A DNA stretch of 63,393 nucleotides, the filler included, from Cercozoa sp. M6MM (Eukaryota > Protista > Endomyxa: Ascetosporea): NCBI GenBank assembly GCA_040357565.1. It is 10 parts of 10 records of this genome, joined end to end, with 100 filler letters (N's around TTAATTAATTAA, not from the genome) between each part and the next. Parts side by side here need not be neighbours in the genome. Positions count along the whole stretch, not along the records: positions 1 to 23,079 come from JBDODJ010000175.1; 9 more parts are not named here. One strand, written 5' to 3'. Shown one piece after another: positions 1-11,498 of this stretch (its first letter is position 1; the number at the start of each line of letters is the position of its first letter). The notes under the pieces are model-generated. The model saw only the letters and a list, made by a program, of their open reading frames with translations, ran no database searches and had not been told where the DNA came from. A program made the position numbers and the translations under genes.

Positions 1-2073
1 CCGGGGTATCCGGGAGGCAGGAGGCAACACTACTCGAGAGCACCGTCGTTCTGCCGCAGCCGCGCGGACCAGCGGCGGCACAACCGTCCCAGACCGTCGC
101 TCTCCAGCGCCGCCACCACCGCTCTCTGCGACGCCTGCACCGCCGCCTGGAACGCCGGTATCCTGCCACATGGAGGGGGGTAAAAAGGTAGGAGATAGGG
201 GAGTAGGAGGGAGGAAAAGAAGGGGGTAAAGAGGGGGTAAAGAGGAGTAAAGAGGGGAATAAAGAGGGGAATAAAGAGGGGAATAAAAAGGAGGGTAAAG
301 AGGGGTTAAAGAGGGGGGTGTGAAGAGGGTAAAGAGGGGGTGTGAAGGGGGTAAAGCCGCACCGCAGACGACGTCGCTGCGCCTTGGCGAAAAGTTCGCC
401 GGCCGCGTTCAGTTGGTACTGCCCCTGCCGTGGGGGAGGGGGGGTAAAAGGGACCAAAGGGGTAGGGGACCAAAGGGGGGTAAAGGAGACTAAAGGGGGT
501 AAAGGGCAAAGGGGAGCAAAGAGGGGGGTAAAAGGCGAGGAGGTAAACAAGCTACCCGGAAGGGACGGTTACACATGGCGAGTGTCAGCATCTCCAGCGT
601 CTTTCCCAGTCCCTGGGGGGGGGGGGNNNNNNNNNNNNNNNNNNNNNNNNNNNNNNNNNNNNNNNNNNNNNNNNNNNNNNNNNNNNNNNNNNNNNNNNNN
701 NNNNNNNNNNNNNNNNNNNNNNNNNNAGGGGGGGGGGGTAAATGGGGTAAATGGGGTGAAGGGTAGAAAGAGAGGGGGGTAAAGAGGGGGGGGGGGGGAA
801 AAAGGGGGGGGGGGCAAAACACACCATCTCCTCGGCCAGCACGCCGCCGGGCATGTGCCAGGACTCGACGCGGCCGCGTTTCTCCGCGAAGGCGACGGTG
901 CGACGGTTCCACCAGACTCGACTCGGCAGCTGCACGACGTCGCTGTCCTCGATCTCCTCCGTCGCTGCCTCTTGTTGTTTTTCCTGCCCTTGTTGTTTTC
1001 CCTGTTCTTGTTGTTTTCCCTGTTCTCGCAGTTTTCCCTGTTCTTGTTGTTTTTGGACCGCTCGTTCTCTGTCCAGCATCCAGCGCACTGACTGCGATTG
1101 GAACCGTCTAACAAGGGGGAAGCAGGGGGGTATAAACGGGGGGGGGGTAAGAGGGAATATACAGGGAGTAAGAGGGAGTAAACAGGGGGTAAACGGGGAG
1201 GGGGTAGACAAGGGAGGGGTAAACAGGGGGGAGGGATAAACAACCTCAGCCGCGTCTTGAGCAGCGCAGGCACGCGCGGCAGAAGCGACGCGTCGTCCGC
1301 CAGTTTGCAGGCGTCGAACAAGTGCCGCGGTGACGGCACCCACGTCTGTAGGTGTGGGGTAGGGTAGGGTAGGGGTAAAGGGCAGGGGATCAAGGACAGG
1401 GGGGTAAAGGGCAGGGGATCAAGGACAGGGGGGTAAAGGACAGGGGTAAAGGGTAGAGGGTAAAGGGTAGAGGGCAAAGGGGTAAAGGGGTAAAGGAACG
1501 GACTACATCCAGACAGGACGACAAAGCGAGTTTCGTGTGCGTCGTGGTTCGCAAAAAATCCATCAGAAAATTCGCCTTCTGTCGCGGCGCTTCTGCCTCA
1601 GGGGGAAAGAGGGGGTTAAGAGGGCAGCAATATGGTAGGGTGTACATGGTAAAGGGTGTAAATGGGTAGGGAGTCAAGGGAGTAAAGTGGGAGAGGGGGC
1701 AAAAAAGACAAAACGCACCAGTCGGGAAGTACATGTTCCTGTGTGCGTAGACTCGACACTGCAGGCGCAGTTGAGTGTCGTACTGAACAGGCACACGTGT
1801 CAAATGTGCACGTGTCACACCGAGGCAAGGGACCGTCAGTCACTGAGACTGGACAGACAGGAGGCCACAGTACCGAGGCAGTGATGACCACTCGAGTGAA
1901 ACCGTTCAGTGACAGGTCGCGCATGTGCAACAGCGACTGAGGCACCGTCACACATGGCACCACCAGAGTGGCCGCCTAGGAGGAGGTAAAGAGAGGTAAA
2001 GTAGGACAAAGGGAAAGGTCAGGAGGGTTACAAAGACCTAGCTACTGTACCTCAACAAACACGTGAACGGCAT
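1..2073 (-). CDS. SHPRH/Rad5/Irc20-like SNF2-family ATPase, 5' part (multi-exon, runs off window start)
   Basis: Spliced GT-AG exons give LR|RFQSQSVRWMLDRE (Q motif) and GGVLAEEM|GLGKTLEMLTLAM (SNF2 motif I, cf. GGILADEMGLGKT). ATG at 2073. Confidence 0.8.
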
Positions 2074-2687
2074 TGGGAAAAAGGCGAACCGACACGCTCG
2101 TTTCCTCTGTCAAAAAGCAGTCACCGAAATAGCAAACCTTCTCAGAACTGATCCCACTTGACAGCCACGCAATCTACCGAAAGGCGCTTGAACTCCCTCG
2201 ATCTCGTCGCCAGCGGCGGTGTAGGTCACGCACGAGATGAACACAAACGTGTCCTTCACACAGGTATTCAAGGGGATTCTTCGCGCGCACACATAAACAG
2301 GCGTGCTTACCGTATCCACGTTGGCGGTGGACAATTTCTCCAGCGACAGCACTGGCTCGGGCGCACTGGTGAAATCGAGAAAAAGCAATTCAACAACAAA
2401 CAAGACAAAAATTGTTTGATCGTTCTTGTGATTGAACAAATGTACCGCCGTTTAGCGCGTGGCATGCTTGCCTCGGTAATTCAAATGCTATCAAGTGACT
2501 GATTGGGCGTGACGATGCAAATTACAGTAGATGATCGACCAAGCAAAAAATAAAGCCTGGTACTTGCAGACGGTCCATATGGACTGAGGTTTGGGTGTGA
2601 TTCACAATATCTCTCAAATTAGACCTGCGAACACGCTCCATTGGCGGTGATTTCGTTTGTTCATTATTGTCCACGCCTCTCTTGACG

Positions 2688-5600
2688 ATGCGTGCGACAT
2701 GTGGGCTGCGATCGCGCGCGACATCTGTCGTCCGCCGACATTTCGCCCTAAAGCCAAAGTTCGAGATGCCGAACGAAGCGGACATTCGGCACGTCACTGA
2801 AGCGCGGCCGGTCAACGCAGAACTCAGGTAGCCCATTGCCTCGCTTCTTTGAGAATAAAAAACGCAAATATTTCGACCGGGCACAGCGCCGACGAAATCA
2901 AGCGACAAGCGCCGCAGGGCGCTGACATGGGCGACCTCAACACAGACCAGATCGACCTTTTGATTCAGCGCGCTGAGAAACGACTCGCCACCGATGCCGA
3001 AGTTGTGAGTGCTGAAGGTGTTGCTGCCGACGGAGCTCTTGCTGTGACCGGCGACTCTGAGTTGGTACATTTTCGCTGGTCTCGGCTGTGCGTTCTGTCT
3101 CTGTGCTTTGCTTACCCGCGTCTCTACTAGATGGAGCAAGCTGCACACGACTCTGCTCTGTTGCGACCTAACGTGCGCGCACGCGATTTGACGCACATTC
3201 GCGAGCTTTCGCTGCAGGATGAGTCACTCGAAGAGGTTTGTGTTGTTGCCTATCCGGAATCGCCCAGCAGGCCAGCACATGTCATTTGTAGGTGGAAGCC
3301 CTGAACGACTTGTTGGAAGATGCGTTGGATGCTCCAATCAACGATAAAACCAACAGAGTTCTCGCTGGTTTGCTTGCGCACGCCCTGGTCAGTTTTCAGT
3401 TTTCGTTTTTTTTTAAACGTTGTGTTTGTTTTTGTTTTGCCTTTGATTTTTGGGATCTCCTCGCAGGCCGCAGTCAACAAGGCCGTCGTTCGCACGGGTG
3501 GCTGTCTGCTGGATGTGCGGGTTCTCGCCGAGAGTGCTTCACGTGTCTTGCTTCACTCAGTTGATCAGGTGTGTTTTTTGTTTTCTTCGAACGATCAAAA
3601 ACTCGCTGACTGACCTGACTGACAGAAACGCCAGCTGCAAAGCGATGTGTTTCGTGCGATTCTGAGGTGCGACGCGACTCTAGCTGAGGTGCAAGATGCT
3701 CTGCAGACACCCTTGTTTGCTGATGACGATGATGACGAGCTCGAGTCGAGTTGGTCGCGCATGGCAGCTTTAATTGGTGAGCTGAACGAAGCTCGCTGGC
3801 AGCTGCCGAAGCCGGGAAGCGAAGAACAAGAAAACGACGCAAATGAGACGAAACAAGAGATTTTCTACGTCTGGAGACGGATTGACGAGTGGATGCTGCA
3901 CAAGAAGGAGGCCTGGACTCGTCGTGATCCGCTCTCCCACACGCTGTTCTCAACTGTCGAAACACTCCATCTCGGTACTTGGTCGCTTTGGCAAGCTGCA
4001 TTTCTCTCCTGTGACTATTGAGTCTGTTCGTAGTGGCACGTGCGCACGTTCCTCCTGCTGCAGTCCTCACGTCGGTACGATGCTACGTGCCTCTAGAATA
4101 ACTGATTCTCACACGTGTTCAGGCCAGAAAGCACGTCGACGCTGGCGCAGGCAATGTTACGAAAACGGATGCATCGGTCCCTTTTCTTGCGGCTGTGTGA
4201 CTGCACAAAGATGTAGTGCATTGCGTTCGTAGATTAGTGCTCGTATGATGCGTTTGTCGCTGGAAGACAACGACACCGAGACGGCGCTGTTCTGGCACGC
4301 CGTTCTCCGTGCCGGTACGTCCTACCCTAATGTTATGCTCGAATTCAAAGGTTCGTTACGCATGCGCTTGGGTGCAGATGGCAAGGCAGGCACCTCGCCC
4401 CCACTGGCCAAGCTGCTCATTCGGCAGTGTTTGCAAGAGCGCCGTCTACTTGCTGCTGCGCAGGTGACTTTGTCTTTGTGCATATCCCGCATGCTGCTTC
4501 ATGTTGATTTTGTTTGTTGAGTAGGTCATGCAGCAGCAGTTGCGGCAGCGTGCCGACATCGACAGCGCGTTTGCCATTGAGTTTCTCGATATGACGCAGG
4601 TGCACATTTTCCATTTTGTTGTCCCCAGCTTGTATTTGACTGGATTACGATGACTGTTGTGTTCCTAGGCACCGCCAACGGAGGATGACGATGATCTGGT
4701 GGATCCAGAAGTTCGTTTGGCGCGGCAAAAGCGTCGTCGGATGGTGTGTTTGTCTTCTATTTTTCAGTATGACGGGTGCATGAAGTTAATGTGATCAGCA
4801 CATGCACCCGTCTCTGGTGAGTGCGAGAATCGACTGTCGAATCGCCGTGCGTGATCTACAGATCGCAGCCGACACTGTCATGAGAGGTATTCTCAGTGTT
4901 GCCCCGGTTCCTACTTTGCAGCAAGGTTTTTGGGATCTGCAGCGATCAGGAATGGCGTGTTCTATGACCCGGTCAGACAGCGATTCGGTGAGTTTTAGTC
5001 GCTTTAATCATTTGAGGTTGGTAGATTCAACTTTATTTGGTTGTGCAGATGCCAGAGGCGTGTCACCGATCACGATGGATTTCATGCTGCCAATGATTGC
5101 CGAGGCACTTCCCGACACACGTACTCTGCCCCACTGTTCTTTATTTTGTATCGCCTCGCAATTTCACACTTGTTTCCGTCGGCACAGAGGAGATGGAAGT
5201 GCTGCTTGATGACGACGAAGAAAAACGCGACTTGGTTCGCGAGTTCTTCGCACGACAGCGAAGACGCACGGAGGTGCTTGGCCTTTTCGTTGTGTTGTTT
5301 GCATGTGTCTATGACGTTTGCATTCGAAGGTGGAGACAGTACACAAGGTTGACATCCTTGCACCACCGTACAAGCTGCGGCGGGAGGAGTACAAAGAAGG
5401 TACCGCTGTGATGTTCGGGGTTTCTTTTTTTTGCCGATGCAACTTCGATTGTATTTAGGCGAAAAGAAGCAAGGCGGTTTCAATCTGGACCTGCTAAGAA
5501 AGTGTAAGATCGCGCTGTCACGTTTTGCTGCCTGGGGTTTCTGTACTGTGCGTGCATTCAAAACAGCGGACCGTGACTTCAAGCTTCGTGATCTCGGTTC

Positions 5601-5822
5601 CCATCCGTGGGACAGGTACCTGTGTTTGTTGTGTCTTTGTTTGACCATACTGCTGTGGCGTCTTCGTAGAGCGACGCATCGGTCAGATCAACGCCGCAAA
5701 CGCGGACAAGTAACGAGTGTTTCTCATCTGGGTGGAAATTCATTGTTTTTCTGTAGGCACCCGGTGGCGAGGCGGCGTATTCGGCTCCATCTCACGATTC
5801 TGAGGAAGTTTTGCCGCTCTAG
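2688..5822 (+). CDS. Uncharacterised multi-exon helical protein, probably mitochondrial
   Basis: The N-terminus MRATCGLRSRATSVVRRHF resembles a presequence. Many short GT-AG introns; the 5' and 3' exons I spliced stay in frame and end at TAG 5820-5822. No family motif recognised. Confidence 0.55.
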
Positions 5823-6187
5823 CTCGGTTTCGCTGCCAGTTCTCAAGCGGCTCCCCATAAGGGGGCCTGTGCGATTAGCTAACGTGACGGAGCGAGTCAT
5901 TCAGTTCACATTGGTTGGTTATGATCATATCGATCATGATCGTCCGTTGACCACTGACTACGGTAACGCTACATGCATAAAAGAACGTCGCGTAATGACG
6001 GAAGTCAAACGGCCCTAAACCATTGAATGAAACCGTCCGAGTCCGTTCGTGCAGACGAGACACGGCCGCGTATACGCTTACGCGAGCAAACGCGATTTTC
6101 CGAGCAATCGGTGCGTGCCGTTCGCCGATCTGAGTTGAACAATCGAAAAAAGAAAGAAGCGGAGTGGAGGCAGCGTCAAAGACGGCG

Positions 6188-6699
6188 TCACTTGGAAACG
6201 TCTGCGGCCATTGCCTGCAGGACCTGCGCACACCAAAAAACAAATTGTGTCAGCAAAACATGGCACTCCGAGATTGGGAAGAACTAGGGCAAACGTACGT
6301 TGTGTACAAAGTCGATCTGCGAGCCTTTCTGCGTGTCGTACTTGCTGCCTGTGTAGCCCCACCAGTCCCAGCACCCGTACGGATTCTGCGGCAGCAGCAT
6401 GCTCGACGTCAGTTGCGGGTAGACCACGACCTGGAAGACACGAGCACACACGGTATGTTAACACGGACACGAACAACATGTGTCTGGTGAGATGAGATGC
6501 TACAAAGTCATTGAGCATGGCAATCTCGTTAAAGCCAGCATTGTCGACAAATCGTCGTCCTAAAGTACAGGACGATCCAAGGGGATTAATGGGCAACAAG
6601 GCTGAACAAGAGAGTACCAATGTGCTCTTCCTGTTGTGAGCATCCGGCAAAGGCCACGTGCACACGGCACTAGATTATGCAGTACACACATCGGTAAAA

Positions 6700-6730
<31 letters not shown>

Positions 6731-8088
6731 GAGAAAAAAGAGAACTCACCTGCCGCTCGAAGCACTGCGGCGGCACAAACACAAAGCCGCTCTCGGCGAC
6801 GGACTGACGCTTCCTGTTCGACACGAAGCCGTCCTGATCGAAGCGGTACATGTGGTGGTGGATGCTGTTGTCATCAGTCTCGCCCTTGCTCTCAATGTCG
6901 TCGCTGTAGATGGCACCCTTCTGCACCAAAGAAGGGTCCAAGTAGGCCAGCATCTCGTAGGCGGCGTTCCACCGACACTTGCCTGTGGGGAACCATTGTA
7001 TCGGAGAGGGAGCAACTCACTAGGACAAATGGGTACAAGAGTGAAGTACCCAGATAAGGCGGCTCGGTGGCACGGCAAGGTGTGCCGTAAGAAAGAGTAG
7101 GCCACAAGTGGCCCATGTCGTCGTGCTCATGCCACTGCACACACAAGGCATGCAAGACAACGGGACAAGGCAAGGCAAGACAGGCAAGGCAAGGCAAGGC
7201 AAGACAGGCAAGGCAAGGCAAGGCAAGACAGGCAAGGCAAGACAGGCAAGGGCATACGATCACGTCGCTGCCGAACTCTTCGTAGAAGGCGACCGTTGCT
7301 TCCGATGCCGTCTGTGGCAGCAAAACAGACAAGGATCAGCTAGCAAGGACGTCTGGAAAGCGGAGGCATTGTGTACCATGGCAACAGTGTCATCTTCACG
7401 ACCATGCGACAAAAAGACGCGGCCATCCGACAGGTGCGCCGGGTCTGTCCACACGAACAGATGGTGCCCAATAAAAGGTGCGCTGCCTGTCTGGATAGAA
7501 AAACACACCATCACAGTTGCCCTTGCTGGCACAGTCGCGCGCTCTCTTCGCGAACGTCGTGCGTGCAGCTTCCGGTAGTCGCGTGTTCGTCGGCATGCAC
7601 GTGTACAGTGCCTAAGCACAACACACAGCAACGCGTGAACTGCAAGCAGATCCGAGACAACCCCCCCCCCCCTCCCCCCGCCAACAGAACAAAGCACCGT
7701 AAGCATGTTGTTGCGAGCGCAGCCGTAGGGAATGCCGGCTAGAAGGCCAGCGCCCTTGACGAGCGAACTATGGGCCTGCCACAAAGATCGAAAAATCACC
7801 CCCCACAGCACAGGAGGACGATCAGAGCTCACCACATGGAATTGCGTGGCAAAAGCCGCTCCAGACGACAAACCAGATACCGTCAGGCCATCCTGCATGC
7901 AGAAAAGGGCTCGATCAATGAGATGGGCTAGAGATCTTGATCAGCGATCTCAATGATCGAACGAAAACGGGTCTGGGCTGTACCAAACTGACGACTAGGT
8001 CAGAAGAAAGGTCCACAAAGTCCTCCACGTAACGCTGGGAAGCGTTCACCGTCGCCACCGCTAGAAATGCCAAGAGAGCAACGCCCAT
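6188..8088 (-). CDS. Secreted poly(3-hydroxybutyrate) depolymerase-family esterase
   Basis: Signal peptide MGVALLAFLAVATVNA; lipase box LTVSGLSSGAAFATQFHV; GAGLLAGIPYGCA; HGREDDTV; GFVFVPPQC; CRVHVAFAGC; VVYPQ...NPYGCWDWWGYTG. Confidence 0.85.
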
Positions 8089-8215
8089 TCAGCGGAAACT
8101 GGCCTCAAGCAATTGTCTGCGCGCAAGTTTCTTCGCCCTGACTGACCTGGTTCTGTCCTCTCGACAGACTTGTCGAGCAACCCCCGTGCACTGTACCAGT
8201 CAGTACACACCTAGG

Positions 8216-10050
8216 ATGCCGAATTTAGGCGCTATGCACTACTCGCAGTGTGTCAAAAATAACATCATCGACTCACTGTCCAACTCGTGCGTCGCTTTGG
8301 ACCCAAACCAGTGTTGGGGAAAACTGTTTTTGAACGTCTATCCGGTTTCTATCGCACTTTAACGTGCGCGAAATTGACGTGTACATTTGTGATGCTAGAC
8401 GGCCTAGTTCCGACTATTGATCAAGTATAGCTTCAGAATCTCTCGCCTTCACTGTCGTTTTTGCGTGTTTTATTGAGATAGCTTCTTGTGTGTGCAGGGG
8501 CAGTGCCACGAATGCGACCGCTTGTGGCGCACTGACCGAAAGCTCACTTACCAGTGTATGAAAAACTTGTAGACAGCTCACTGGCTGGCGTTATCGTGTT
8601 TCATACCGACAGGCGACGTGTCGAAACTAACGCCTGCGCTGTGCTTTAAATTTGTCACACTCAGCCCTGATGAGGATGCTCGGTAGGACTCACATGTTAA
8701 GACACATGTCGTCTCATGTATTCGTGGTCTTTCGTGGTGCAGACAATTCTTGCGACGTGCGCATGAAATCGGCTTTTTTTCCTACCGAAACCTCGCGCGT
8801 GTTTGTACCCATGACTAAGGTTTTCGAAAAAGACGAGATATACTCGTTGTTTGCACTGTATGCTTGTGCCTTTCAGTCCTGTCGCCTGCACTGGAGTTTT
8901 TCGGGATGAGCTCACGCACCGACAGGCATGCCTACCTGCAGATTGGTATGGATACTTGATACATCAATGAATTGTGTGTACATGTATGTCTGGTGCAGGC
9001 GAAATGTTCGTGCTGGGTAGTACACAAGTGGCGACGCTGCTGCAACGAGTGCAGTTCCGTTCTTCCTCGGACGATGCCATCACAGTCCTCGACATTGGCG
9101 CCGGTGACGGATCGGTGACGGATAACTTCGTGCGTGGTTTGCGGAGTCACCTGAGGGATGGTACCTTGTGTCGCTACATTTTGATCTCGTGAATCGCTTG
9201 GGGTGCCTGTACACAGGCACCTGCGATGTGAGAGTGACAGCGACGGAGGCGTCGTACCAGATGGTGCAGCGACTCGCTCAGCGTGGCTACGATGCCCGTC
9301 ACTGTACCGACCTGTCTGAGGTAGGAGGCTTTGGTCAAACTCGTCTCCTATAGGCTCCACTTGTGTGTCTTTGTTCAAGTAGATACACAGCACGTTCGAC
9401 ATCGTCTTGTTGTTCAACATTCTGGATCGGTGCAGTTCTCCCATCGACGTCTTGCATGACGTACCATGCTTGTCTACCTGTGTGTCTGTGTCTGTGTCTG
9501 TGTCTGTGTCTGTGTCGGCGCGTGTGCGTGTGTGTGTGTGTGTGTGTGTTGGTGGTGTCCGAAGGAGTGTATCCAGGTAAGACAGCGATGTCACGACAAC
9601 ACTATGATCGTGTTGGCCTGTGTGTTTCCCTTTCGACCCTACGTCGGTACTTTGGGTCTATCTGGTGAGTCAACACTCGTGTGTATGTCTACTGAGTGTA
9701 CTTTCGCAGTGGACGGCAATGTCAAACAGCGCCTGCCAACAGTGGAAGCAGCACGTGGCTTTGAAGCCTCTGTCGTTGCCATGTATCTCTAACTGTGTAT
9801 CCGGTCCGTGTCTGAGTTTGTGTGTTTATTTCTGTACGTTCTTGTACTTGTGTCAGGAGCGAGTTTCTCAACGATGACGGCTGGGAAATTCAGGTTATAG
9901 CGCGCGTTCCTTACATTAGCGAATGTTGTGCGACGCACCCTTACCAGGTAAAAATGTAGACTCGCTATCGCTCCTGTGTTGCTTTTATCTCCCACTTTAT
10001 AGGTACTCCACGACGCTATTTTTGTGCTGAAGCCAAGGCCTCAGCTGTAA
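8216..10050 (+). CDS. METTL9: METTL9/DREV-family protein-histidine methyltransferase
   Basis: GEMFVLG; SAM motif VLDIGAGDG; ATEAS..MVQRL; FDIV.LFNILDRC..P; LACVFPFRPYV. Start position is approximate. Confidence 0.85.
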
Positions 10051-10403
10051 GCGTCCCCGCGGTGTGGACGCGGGATAACTCTGTGGAACGTTTTTGTTAA
10101 TGACTCGAGCCACGCCACTTCTACCTATTTATCTGTCGCTAGCGCCGGCGGATTCGATCTTCTCGCTTTGTTCACTTCAATTTAACGGTTAAGTTGTTGT
10201 GTTCAATCGAATCGAATGACGGAATTATCGCTTCGTTCCCCGCCGGTCCGTCTATGTCCGCCGTTTCTTCCAGCGGAAGTGCGCAGTGAAACGCGCGCAA
10301 AACTGCCAAACTATGAACGATCTGACGTATTAGGCAGACCGACAAAGCGCTCGACACGAGGCACTAAGGTCAGCAAACGTTTGCACACAACTAGTGCGCG
10401 ATC

Positions 10404-11314
10404 ATGAACTTGCTCCTTGCACTCGTCGCGATGTTGCAAGTCTATGTTGCCGCAGCACAACGCATAGAACCCGAGGACGGCGGGTCATTCTGGGTTAAGT
10501 AAGCTTACCAGTAAGTTTGTCGTTCACGGAAAATGAACTTATATGCATGTCCTGAGTAAGCAGAGTGGATTCGGAGAAAGCTTGCGATGTGTACGACAAG
10601 TCGCTGTGTAAGCAGGCGTGTCTCAAGTGCGGTGCGCAGGTTGGAAGTGGCGCGCTGTTTAGTTGCGAGGACAACGACGGCGTCGTTCTCGATGCACTGC
10701 GTTGCGCGAACCCGGTTCGTGACAAGGAACAGTGCGGCTCGTTCGATCACTTGTACGCAGCGAGTCGCGACCCTTCCTCAGACAAGTGCATTGCATTTCA
10801 CTCGGCTTCTCGCCCTCGAAACTTGTGGAACGTTTTTTAAACATTGTAGCTGTGGTGACGTGTGCCGCACCTCTGAGTGCTGGTCCGGTACGAACGACCA
10901 CTTCGCATGTGGCGTCGGCACTTTGGACGGATGCATTGTTCGACCGACGAAAATCGCCTCCCCTGGTGGTCTTTCCGGTGGTGCCATCGCTGCCATCGTC
11001 TTCGCGTATCCTTGACCTTCATTATGTATACAATAGTAGGCATGCTGTAAATTACAAGCTGGGATTATATCGACAGCACCCTCGCCAGTATTGGATGCGT
11101 CATTGCCAGCGCTGTGGTGGGACGACGCTGGCTCAAGTCGCGAGGCCGAGTTCGCATCGGCAACGACTTGGATGACGAACACTTCGCGTGAATTATGCTG
11201 TGGACATCGATAACAATCTTATCTTAGCTTGACTGCAATGCCAGGTTAGAGCAAAAGCCGAGGGTTTCTTAAGTTATTTAGTCAGTTGAGTCGTTTCTGA
11301 AACCAACTAAGTAG
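10404..11314 (+). CDS. Small type I membrane protein with Cys-rich ectodomain
   Basis: Signal peptide MNLLLALVAMLQVYVAAA, Cys-rich exons, and TM helix GAIAAIVFATLASIGCVIASAVVG followed by RRWLK. 3' end is approximate. Confidence 0.6.
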
Positions 11315-11498
11315 TCCGAGAGCCTCTTAAATTACACGTACAGTATGTAATGGAAAATATACAATCCTGCCGTGGGCATTGAACTCTATAATAAAGGCGA
11401 CAAGCTAAGGAGACGGCGATTTCCACGGACTGGTGGGATTGCTGTCGAGAGGAACGACGCGATCGATGTCGTAGCTCTCGAACGTCTTGAGCTATAAT

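Noticed and set aside
11006-11076. GTATCCTT donor suggesting a U12-type intron
   Set aside because: No TCCTTAAC-like branch site near the acceptor, so it is probably a chance match among degenerate donors.
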